DNA from: Candidatus Saccharimonadota bacterium
GTDB lineage: Bacteria > Patescibacteriota > Saccharimonadia > Saccharimonadales > Saccharimonadaceae
Length of the DNA stretch: 32,000 bases
Reading direction: 5' to 3'
Assembly (NCBI GenBank): GCA_001897305.1
Contig: MKSO01000001.1
Span: 480,001-512,000, forward strand
Under the pieces are notes generated by a model. That model ran no database searches, was not told the origin of the DNA, and saw nothing but the letters and a program-made list of their open reading frames with translations. Shown piece by piece: positions 7,925-15,704 of this stretch; within the stretch, counting starts at the first letter, position 1, and every line of letters begins with the position of its first letter. The position numbers and the translations under genes are program-made.

Positions 7925-9514
7925 TCAAAATATCCAAGAAGAGAAATTCTGCACCAATCGCTTATACGCGGTAGTTACAGGGGCAAGGTTGAATTTAAGA
8001 GGAGGATTACTGAGCATCGTTAAATAAAGGCTCAGTACGCTCGGCACGGCAATCATAAGAATGGGGAGTACGCTCTGTACAGTAATGAGCGCAATAGCCA
8101 CGAGGCTTAGTGCAAATAGGAGCTCTCGATAGTTAAAGCGGATTGCATCGCTAAAGCTAACCGCCGTACTTTCTTTTGGCGTTACATGAAAGTGAGCTCT
8201 TGCACCAAGCATAGACTTTGTTGATGCGAGAAGACTAATATAAAACATTGAACCGTATAGTATAAAACTGTGCAGAAGATATGAAATAAGTCGAGAAAAA
8301 GGCATGCGCTTATAGTGATAAATAATATCGTTTAGCATTGGGGCTAGCAGAAATAATAGAGTCGGTATGATAAGCCACCCTGGGTAACTCAAGTGGTAGT
8401 TAAGGAGCGGCAGTGCGACAAGATTGATAACGATATAGAGCGCGAAAAATGCGGTGAGCGGCAGATTGTATGTAAATAGGACGATATCGAGCTTTTCGTA
8501 CCAGCTCATGTTTGATAGCATAATGCGCTTCGTATAGGTCTTAATAAACTCCATATTCCCCTGTGTCCACTTGGAATGCCGTTTTTTGAATGCTAGATAA
8601 TCCACCGGATATTCTTCTTGGCACCGAATGTTTTGCGCAAATGCCACATAGTAGCCTTTGGTACGAGCTTCAATACTGAAACACAGGTCTTCGGCTACGA
8701 CATGAGGAAATCAGCCGACCGCTTCATAACATTTGCGGCTTACCATTGCACCATGCCCAAGAAGCGACATAAAGCCATGATGGTGTTTTGTCATTTGGTA
8801 AGTTGGCCAGTGCGAGTTAACTCCCTTAGAGAAAATATGCATAAAGTCATTACGGTTGCGCGTTGCCACGTGATTTGCCTGTACGACGCCAATGTCGCTA
8901 AAGCGACTGAAGTATTTTAGTGCTGATGTAATGAAGGTACTTGGAATTACTTCATCACTATCAAGAATGACGAAGTAGTCGTAGTCAGTACGTCCTTTGA
9001 GGTAATTATTTAGGTTGCCTGCCTTGAACCCGGCACGATCTGTACGACGAATCACTTCAATGTCGTGACGCTTTGCAAATTGGTCTACCCGATCAAGATA
9101 CTCTTGTTTGCTAGAGTCATCCAAGATAACAGTTTTAAAGTTATCATACTTTTGCTTCATAGAGCGCTCGAGACTATGCTCGTTAAAGTCATTGGCCGTG
9201 CAGTACACGAGGACGATAGATGGGCTGCGCCTAAGCCGAGTGCTTGTTGCCGTTCGAATAAGCCTATTCATCTGACCCCGAAACAGATAGTAATAGATAA
9301 CGTAGGTGATATCTTTTACACCGTTTAGCCAAAAGTAGCTAATGAAAAGAGCGTTCAAAATAAGCAGCGCAATGAGAAGTGGCTCGTATGGACTATTACT
9401 ATTTCCGGCAAGAATAATTTCATGAATGAATGGATAGGCTGTAAACGAGATAAGGCCAGCCCACACAGTAAGCATTGCAATATATAGTCGGTTTGATTTG
9501 CGAATTTTGAACAT
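7925..9514 (-). pseudogene. membrane-embedded processive GT2 glycan synthase (OpgH/BcsA-like) with an in-frame TGA
   Basis: Track ORFs 8711..9514 and 7925..8647 are in the same frame and are separated only by TGA at 8711-8713: ...GHGAMVSRKCYEAVG*FPHVVAEDLCFSIEARTKGYYVAFAQNIRCQEEYP...KRHSKWTQGNMEF. Motifs are DDS, FKAGNLN, DSD, (G)GF..ED and a QxxRW-like segment, plus N- and C-terminal TM segments. Confidence 0.7.
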
Positions 9515-9795
9515 AATAAAAGCCCGAGTCCCCCGGGCGAAGTAAATATTGATTTTTACAATAGCATATAGTTAACAGAAATGCAAGTATAGTATGACTA
9601 ATACGATGGTCGAGAGAGCACCAAAATGCCATTATGTTAATCGAGTTCACCTCAGTAGGGGTACATGAAGTAGCTCCGCCATTTCGTCACGATTATAAAA
9701 AGCAAGCTTTTCTATCTCGCTCCTCATGTTCTAACGCACGATCTATCGCCAGCAAGCTGTCGCGATCGTGGCACAATTTCCAACAAACCGCAGCC

Positions 9796-9828
9796 AAAAA
9801 AATAGCCAACGCATTGGTTGGCTATTTT
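9796..9828 (-). terminator. intrinsic terminator downstream of clpC (bidirectional hairpin)
   Basis: AATAGCCAAC/GTTGGCTATT 10-bp stem with a 6-nt loop. On the minus strand it is followed by TTTTTTT. Confidence 0.65.
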
Positions 9829-9842
9829 CTTTGGCAGGGGCT
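9826..9842 (-). repeat. copy of the tRNA-Trp 3' end plus its 3' flank
   Basis: TTTCTTTGGCAGGGGCT here versus TTTCTT-GGCAGGGGCT at 12904-12919. There is a 12-nt exact core TTGGCAGGGGCT. The copies are in the same orientation and 3.07 kb apart. Confidence 0.5.
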
Positions 9843-9917
9843 GAAGGATGATTATCAAACGTACCGCGAGCTAAATAGTCTTCAGGGGGTTTATGGTAAT
9901 ATGATCCTCTTATAGTA

Positions 9918-12566
9918 CTATTTGCGTGACTTTACCTGATCAATAGTTACTCCATCTTTGGGTGAGTAATTAACGGTGACACGAGCACCTTCTTTGAGCT
10001 CTCCCGCAAGCAGTTTACGAGCTAACAAGTTTTCGATCTCGGTTTTGATGAGACGGCGTAGTTCGCGGGCACCAAATTCTGGTTGGTATCCACGCTTCGC
10101 AAGATCATCTACTAGTGCGTCACTAAACGTAATAGATACACCTTTTTCGGCAAGTAGCTGGGCGACTTTTTCGAGCTGCAAACGGACGATGTTTTTAATC
10201 TCGTCTTCATTCAGACTGTCAAAGACGATAATATCGTCGATGCGGTTTATAAACTCCGGACGGAAATGGCCGCGCAGCACTTCCATGAGCTCGGCTTTCA
10301 GCGCCTTTTTATCTTTCTTATCTTTGCCTGTGGCTTTATCGTTTTCGATAATTAGGGCACTACCAAGGTTGCTGGTAGCAATAATAATCGTGTTCGTAAA
10401 ATCCACTACACGACCCTTACCGTCGGTTAACCGACCATCGTCAAAAACTTGCAACAGAATGTTATAAACATCTGGGTGAGCTTTCTCTATTTCGTCAAGC
10501 AAAATGACGCTGTACGGGCGGCGGCGCACTGCTTCAGTGAGCTGGCCACCCTCATCATAGCCGACGTACCCTGGAGGCGCACCGACAAGACGACTAACAG
10601 CATGGCGCTCCATATATTCGCTCATGTCGATACGAATCATAGCATCTTCATTACCAAAGACTGACCAAGCCAAGGCTTTAGCAAGCTCTGTTTTACCAAC
10701 ACCGGTTGGGCCAAGGAAGAGGAAGTTTGCGATTGGACGATAACCCTGTGTCAGTCCAGCACGCGACAAACGAACCGCGTCGCTCACTGCCTGAACGGCT
10801 TCGTTTTGACCAACAACCCGTTGGTGAATCTTATCTTCAAGTGTTAATAGCTTTTGCTTCTCTTCTTCGGTGAGCTCAGTGACCGGCACACCGGTGAGTT
10901 TGCTAACAACCTGGGCGATGTCAGCACTAGTGACTACGGCTGTCGAAACACCTTTCTCGCGCTTCCAAGCTTCCATTAACTCATCTTTTTGCTTTGTCAG
11001 AGTCTCAATTTCTTTTTTCAGTTTCTCGGCTTCATCGGTTTTCTTGTGATTGCGAGCTGACTCTTCTTCGCGCGAAAGACGGGCAATATCATCTTCGTAT
11101 TTAGCAATTTCGGCTGAGCGTGTATCGCTGGCAATGCGTACGCGAGCTGCCGCTTGGTCAATCAAGTCAATGGCTTTATCAGGTAGGAACCGAGATGTAA
11201 TATAACGATCACTCAAATGAACGGCGGCAGTGACGGCTGAATCATCAATCTTAACTTTGTGATGGGCTTCATAGCTGTCGCGGAGGCCGCGAATGATCTC
11301 AATCGCTTGCTCAATCGTCGGCTCTGGCACCATAACGGGCTGGAACCGTCGCTCGAGAGCACTATCCTTTTCGATATATTTTTGATATTCATTCAAGGTT
11401 GTTGCCCCGATAAGATGCAGCTCGCCACGGGCGAGCGCCGGCTTCATGATGTTGCTGACATCCATGCCGCCCTCAGAACCGCCGCCACCCGCACCTACCA
11501 TAGTATGCACCTCGTCCACAAACACGATTAACTCGTCTTTGTGCTCGACGATCTCATCGATGACAGCCTTAATACGCTCCTCGAATTCACCCTTATATTT
11601 GGCTCCAGCAATCACACTCATAAGTGAAAGTTCAACGACGCGTTTACCCTCAAGCACCTCAGGTACTTCTTTTGCTTCAATTCGCTGCGCCAAGCCTTCG
11701 ACGATAGCAGTTTTACCGACGCCTGGCTCACCAATCAGCAAGGGGTTGTTTTTGGTGCGGCGACTTAAAATTTCGATAGTCGTTTGAATTTCATCGTTTC
11801 GGCCAATTACTGGGTCAAGTTTACCAGCCTTGGCAAGTTGCGTCAGGTCGCGCGAGTATTTATCGAGCTGTGGTGTGTTCGTCTGAGTTTCAACCTTACC
11901 ACCCTCAGCTCCTTGCCCGACCACTTTGGTTGTTTTGGCGCGGAGACTTTCAGGACTCAAGCCGTACTTTTCGAGCACTTCGTGTGCCAGGCCGTCAGGC
12001 TCGGCGGCAAGTGCAATCAAAAGGTGCTCTGGGCCGATGTAGCTGTGGCCGAGTTCGCGCGAAATTTGGTAGGCGCTTTGCAGTACGCTTTTAACACGCG
12101 GGCTGACACCCATCTCATCTTCAGTAGTAGTTTGCTTACCTTTTGGCGCATTAGCATCAATATAACCCTTAATGTCACTCGGTTTCAGCTTGTATTGCTT
12201 GAGGATTTCAGCAATGACGTCGTTGTCAGCGAGGGCATAAAGCAAGTGCTCAGTATCTACCTCCCTCCGGCCGAATTTGTGCGCCACACTACCGGCTTCT
12301 TGGATAATATCCTTGGCAGTGTCGGACAAGAGTGCTTCAAGGCCTGCAGCCTGTTGTCGCTCGGGGCGGGCAAAGGCTTGCTCAAAAGAATTGAATGGGT
12401 TACTGCCAGAAAATAATGACTCGAATGGTGAACTTGAGCCAGCTTGTTGCCGTAGCCTTTGGTAGTCAATGTCACAGACATTTAGTTCGGCCACCTGGCC
12501 ATTTTGCGTGACTTGCACTCGATGAGTGACTGGTCTGATGCCGCATATGTCACAAAGTTCATTCAT
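9918..12566 (-). CDS. clpC: ClpC-type AAA+ chaperone/unfoldase with an N-terminal Cys-containing extension
   Basis: 882 aa. Two Walker A sites ([16 protein letters not shown]), Clp_N repeats and a short coiled-coil middle domain. AGGAG SD upstream. Confidence 0.9.
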   Translation of the reverse strand: MNELCDICGIRPVTHRVQVTQNGQVAELNVCDIDYQRLRQQAGSSSPFESLFSGSNPFNSFEQAFARPERQQAAGLEALLSDTAKDIIQEAGSVAHKFGRREVDTEHLLYALADNDVIAEILKQYKLKPSDIKGYIDANAPKGKQTTTEDEMGVSPRVKSVLQSAYQISRELGHSYIGPEHLLIALAAEPDGLAHEVLEKYGLSPESLRAKTTKVVGQGAEGGKVETQTNTPQLDKYSRDLTQLAKAGKLDPVIGRNDEIQTTIEILSRRTKNNPLLIGEPGVGKTAIVEGLAQRIEAKEVPEVLEGKRVVELSLMSVIAGAKYKGEFEERIKAVIDEIVEHKDELIVFVDEVHTMVGAGGGGSEGGMDVSNIMKPALARGELHLIGATTLNEYQKYIEKDSALERRFQPVMVPEPTIEQAIEIIRGLRDSYEAHHKVKIDDSAVTAAVHLSDRYITSRFLPDKAIDLIDQAAARVRIASDTRSAEIAKYEDDIARLSREEESARNHKKTDEAEKLKKEIETLTKQKDELMEAWKREKGVSTAVVTSADIAQVVSKLTGVPVTELTEEEKQKLLTLEDKIHQRVVGQNEAVQAVSDAVRLSRAGLTQGYRPIANFLFLGPTGVGKTELAKALAWSVFGNEDAMIRIDMSEYMERHAVSRLVGAPPGYVGYDEGGQLTEAVRRRPYSVILLDEIEKAHPDVYNILLQVFDDGRLTDGKGRVVDFTNTIIIATSNLGSALIIENDKATGKDKKDKKALKAELMEVLRGHFRPEFINRIDDIIVFDSLNEDEIKNIVRLQLEKVAQLLAEKGVSITFSDALVDDLAKRGYQPEFGARELRRLIKTEIENLLARKLLAGELKEGARVTVNYSPKDGVTIDQVKSRK

Positions 12567-12592
12567 GTAAGGTCTCCTATTACATTACATCT

Positions 12593-12598
12593 ACTATA
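12593..12598 (-). promoter_or_regulatory. clpC -10 box (TATAGT)
   Basis: Minus strand: TTGTATgtcaaatgcaaagtagTATAGT...AGGAGaccttacATG. Confidence 0.4.
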
Positions 12599-12610
12599 CT
12601 ACTTTGCATT

Positions 12611-12660
12611 TGACATACAAAATATAAATGACATACATCTGACAGTATGTCATTTATATT
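12611..12660. promoter_or_regulatory. candidate operator: 16-bp perfect inverted repeat plus a third half-site over the clpC -35
   Basis: AATATAAATGACATAC (12621-12636), then N8, then GTATGTCATTTATATT (12645-12660). An extra TGACATAC lies at 12611-12618. Confidence 0.5.
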
Positions 12661-12908
12661 GGCAAGAGCTATCGGACAAATACCAAACCTTCTTTATAAC
12701 GATGCGCTCATAGTTCCAATTTGGATATCTATCTATTGCAAACGTTTCATTAACTTTCAACGGGTCTTTTTCGAACGACCACCCGCTGAAATCGAATGCC
12801 CATGTCCCGTTGCTCGTCTACATATGGTTGGCAGGTTGTTTATTGACAGGTTTAGGATAAATAAGAAAAAAGTCTACGCTCAACAGAGGTAGGCTTCTTA
12901 TAATTTCT

Positions 12909-12983
12909 TGGCAGGGGCTATAGGAGTCGAACCTATCTCTAAGCTTTTGGAGAGCTTTATTCTAGCCGATGAACTAAGCCCCT
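12909..12983 (-). tRNA. tRNA-Trp (anticodon CCA), CCA encoded
   Basis: AGGGGCT-TA-GTTC-ATCGGCTA-GAAT-A-AAGCT-CTCCAAA-AGCTT-AGAG-ATAGG-TTCGACT-CCTAT-AGCCCCT-G-CCA. Full cloverleaf. Confidence 0.9.
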
Positions 12984-13301
12984 TTGGTGAGTTCGCTCGG
13001 CGTGGCAGTTTGCACATACAACTTCACACTTTGCGATTTCTTGGTCTATTTTAACACGACTGTTGAAATTTACTAAATTCGCCAGTGAATACTTCTTATC
13101 CCGTAAATGGTCAAACTGCATAACGTAGTAAGGATATCGTATTCCGCAATCGGCACACGGCTTATCTTTTTGCTCTCGTAAATATATCCTCATGCGTTGT
13201 TTTGCTAACACGGCATTATCAATATACCTTTGTCTATTTTTCAAGTAATGCTTCTTCTTACTTAAAAATTGCCGAGGGTCATTAGGATCTTTATAAGCCA
13301 T
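12957..13301 (-). CDS. HNH endonuclease (free-standing)
   Basis: 114 aa. CADCG...QFDH...N...CANCH layout. AT-rich. The last 27 nt overlap the tRNA-Trp 5' portion. Confidence 0.75.
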   Translation of the reverse strand: MAYKDPNDPRQFLSKKKHYLKNRQRYIDNAVLAKQRMRIYLREQKDKPCADCGIRYPYYVMQFDHLRDKKYSLANLVNFNSRVKIDQEIAKCEVVCANCHAERTHQRGLVHRLE

Positions 13302-13313
13302 GCTTCCATTATG
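13302..13313 (-). promoter_or_regulatory. -10 box abutting the HNH start (predicted leaderless)
   Basis: Minus strand: CATAAT, then ggaagc (6 nt), then ATG. Confidence 0.35.
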
Positions 13314-13418
13314 GCGAGCGAATTTAAACTAGTTGTTAAATCTAAAGCTAATTTTCACAGATAGGTTTACCTTCAGCGGTTAACTTGTTACCATAAGGGT
13401 AATAAACAAGGACGGTAT

Positions 13419-14585
13419 ATGCATGTAGTTATCGTTGGTGGTGGCTTTGGCGGCGTGAAGGCTGCACTCGAACTTAGTAAACGTAAAGTTGGTAAAATTA
13501 CCCTCATTTCTAAAGAGCCCTATTTCTTACATCACGCTACGGTCTATGCCACGGCCACGGGCCAAAGCAGCGAGGAATCGGTCATACCCCTTCATGCCCT
13601 TTTTGCGGATCACCCATCGGTAACATTAGTAAACGATACTATCACCCACATCGATGCTGATCGATCCCGTATTAGCAGCGCTACTAGAGAGTATCATTAC
13701 GACAAACTCATACTGTCGCTTGGTTCGGTCACCTCTTTTAGCGGCGTCAAAGGTGCCGAAAAGTATAGTCACAGCTTAAAAACCTTGTCAGCTATTGAAG
13801 CATTCCAGGATCACATTCACGAAGAAGTAGTACGTAAAGAACTAGATAGCGAGTATGTCGTTATCGGTGGTGGCCAAACTGGCGTTGAATTTGCCGGTGC
13901 GCTTGATGTGTATATCAAAAATCTCAAAACCCTCTACCGACTAAAAAAGTCAAAAGCACACGTGACGATTGTCGAGCAAGAGCCACGACTGCTCCCAAAA
14001 CTATCCCATACGGCTTCATACAAAGTAACGCGCCAGCTAAAAAAGCAAGGTGTTCGCGTTATAACGGGACAACGGGTAGAAAACATCAGTAAAACGGCCG
14101 TTACAATTGGCGAAAACCTTCATCCGGATGCAACAGTTATTTGGACGTCGGGCTCGGAGCCAAACCCATTTTATAAGCAAAATACTCCCACATTTCACCT
14201 CGATGATCAAGGTCATGTATTTGTTAACCCCTACCTTGAAGCTTTCGATGATGTCTACGTTATTGGTGATAGCAACTCTGTTATTAATAACGACACAGCC
14301 TGGTCGGCAGTGGCCCAAGCTAAAGCCGTCGCGCGATCAATTACCCGCGAAGCCCAGGCTTTGCCGAAGAAGAAATTTCACCAAGGCCGTTACATACAAA
14401 GTAGCCCGGTGGGTTACAAATGGGCGTACGTGGAGTACTTCGGTATATATGTGGCCGGTGTAAGCGGTTGGGTGGTACGCCGTTGGATCGAACTTTACAG
14501 TTATTGCCAAATTATGCCGCTCAAAAAAGCGCTGCCGATTTGGCGCGCCCACGATCTCTCTGAAATTGACACCTCGCTCGACTAG
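13419..14585 (+). CDS. ndh: type II NADH dehydrogenase (NDH-2) / FAD-dependent pyridine nucleotide-disulfide oxidoreductase
   Basis: 388 aa. VVIVGGGFGGV and VVIGGGQTGVE dinucleotide folds, and VYVIGD. AAGGA SD. Confidence 0.85.
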   Translation: MHVVIVGGGFGGVKAALELSKRKVGKITLISKEPYFLHHATVYATATGQSSEESVIPLHALFADHPSVTLVNDTITHIDADRSRISSATREYHYDKLILSLGSVTSFSGVKGAEKYSHSLKTLSAIEAFQDHIHEEVVRKELDSEYVVIGGGQTGVEFAGALDVYIKNLKTLYRLKKSKAHVTIVEQEPRLLPKLSHTASYKVTRQLKKQGVRVITGQRVENISKTAVTIGENLHPDATVIWTSGSEPNPFYKQNTPTFHLDDQGHVFVNPYLEAFDDVYVIGDSNSVINNDTAWSAVAQAKAVARSITREAQALPKKKFHQGRYIQSSPVGYKWAYVEYFGIYVAGVSGWVVRRWIELYSYCQIMPLKKALPIWRAHDLSEIDTSLD

Positions 14586-15508
14586 AAGCGAATACGCCGC
14601 AGTATCATGTAGATGATAACAACCAGCAATACACTAAAGCCGGTAATAGCGGCATAGGCCCATGATTCATGCGAAAATGGCAATATAACGTTCATACCAA
14701 ACATACCAAAGAAGACATTTGGCAATGCCACTAGTAGCGTAAGAACCGTCAGCTTTTTCATGCGTTGGTTAAGCGTATTATTACTAATAGTGGTATAGGC
14801 ATTACGAATACTATCGATGGTACTACGGTGGCTGCCTGTCGCTACCAAAAGCTGATTCAAGTGAAGCACCATATCCTCAATGAACTCGCAGTCCTTGTCG
14901 TTAAAAATATCGTGCTTATTTTCGCGCAGGCGGGCCATCAAAGCTTGCAAAGCAGTCAGGTTGGTGTGATATTCGTTAATATCGTGTTCAACCGTTACAA
15001 ATTGAATAAAGTCATTGTTGTCCACTTCATGGGTGCGTAAGCGCTGCTCGGTATTGCGAATATAGTCACCGGTGGCATGAATAAAAGCTTCGTATTGCCC
15101 AATAACATGGTTAGTAAGCTGCAAAAATACATGCTTGGTACTTTTCATGTCGACTTTGACAGATTCGAACAACTCACTTGGCTGGACATACTCTTTTGTA
15201 GAAAGCGTAATAAGCACAGAGCCTTTCAACACAGCTAAAAAGGGCGTCGAAGCAATATTACCGCGTGAAGCCTGGTGGGGCGAGCGAATAAATACATACA
15301 GGTTGCCCTGACTATACTCGGCGCGTGGTAACTCATTAACGTCTTTGACATCTTTAACAATGCCCGGGTCTAGGCCATACAGATCAGTTACATGCGCTAA
15401 GTCTGTGTCGTTTACTTTTGCCCCATATACCCATCCACGCTCGGTGGGGGCATCATGAACCTGTTAGGGGTCTTCGTTAAACGATTTTTTAGCATAATAA
15501 TGTAACAT
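14582..15508 (-). pseudogene. corA: CorA-family Mg2+/Co2+ transporter with an in-frame TAA at codon 15
   Basis: The frame is continuous from ATG 15508 to TAG 14582 (309 codons, the usual CorA length) except for TAA at 15464-15466: MLHYYAKKSFNEDP*QVHDAPTERGWVYGAKVNDTDLAHVTDLYGLDPGIVKDV...FGMFGMNV (GMN motif) plus 2 C-terminal TMs. There is no ATG/GTG/TTG between the TAA and the track's GTG at 15232. Confidence 0.7.
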
Positions 15509-15597
15509 ACATAAGCAGTATACTCTATATATTTTATGAATAACAATGGTTTCTGTGGAGAACTCTTTGCTTGGGATTATTTTAAGCGTAAGAAGTG

Positions 15598-15626
15598 TTG
15601 TAAATGCCTACGCTTAGATCTATAAT
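15598..15626 (+). promoter_or_regulatory. sigma70-type promoter of the alpha-glucan operon
   Basis: TTGTAA, 17 nt, TATAAT. This leaves a leader of about 75 nt before ATG 15705. Confidence 0.5.
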
Positions 15627-15704
15627 CGGGACAGAACCCAAAGAGGCAAAAAATAAAAGGAGAAAACGACGCGCTTCCACATAAGCAGCTCGTAGCCGGG
15701 AGTT

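Noticed and set aside
9647-9727. 26-codon minus-strand ORF MRSEIEKLAFYNRDEMAELLHVPLLR*, reminiscent of the start of an Xis/MerR-type HTH
   Set aside because: It is too short, ends in TGA mid-helix, and continuation requires a frameshift into a hydrophobic nonsense-like frame. At best it is an unverifiable relic.
9515-9795. A structured ncRNA or riboswitch in the 280-nt spacer upstream of the GT2 gene
   Set aside because: I found only short imperfect palindromes (for example CACGATC...GATCGTG at about 9737-9771, and a GCCCG/CGGGC hairpin with a T-run just before the GT2 ATG). I could match no known RNA family by eye, and a covariance-model scan is needed before any claim.
9832-9915. A second tRNA (the 3' end looks like ...AGCCCCTGCCA)
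   Set aside because: Only the last ~11 nt plus the flank match tRNA-Trp. There is no complementary 5' acceptor strand, no T-loop (GTTCGA-type) and no D-arm. It is treated as a partial duplicate (see finding), not a gene.
9634-9915. Track ORF of 93 aa on the plus strand between GT2 and clpC
   Set aside because: It runs straight through the clpC terminator hairpin and the tRNA-fragment repeat. It has no promoter or SD context, and its composition is unconvincing.
9976-12481. Numerous track ORFs inside or antisense to clpC (for example 9976..10467, 11784..12416)
   Set aside because: They lie entirely within the strongly supported 882-aa ClpC frame and have Ser/Arg/Leu-rich shadow-ORF composition. 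The same reasoning applies to internal or antisense ORFs within xfp, pyrD, GH15, the GT genes, rpoA and others.
12611-12660. Identifying the clpC inverted repeat as CIRCE, a CtsR box or HAIR
   Set aside because: Sequence and spacing do not match any of those consensus operators. It is kept only as an unassigned candidate operator.
6512-15466. Alternative genetic code (UGA=Gly code 25, UGA=Trp code 4, UAG=Gln) as the explanation for the in-frame stops
   Set aside because: All three stop codons terminate clearly complete genes in this same window. TGA ends the RluA-family gene with a GTGA overlap to holB, and ends the glycosyltransferase with an ATGA overlap. TAG ends about half of the genes, and TAA many others. 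The tRNA-Trp anticodon is CCA. Whole-genome tRNA and release-factor data are still needed.
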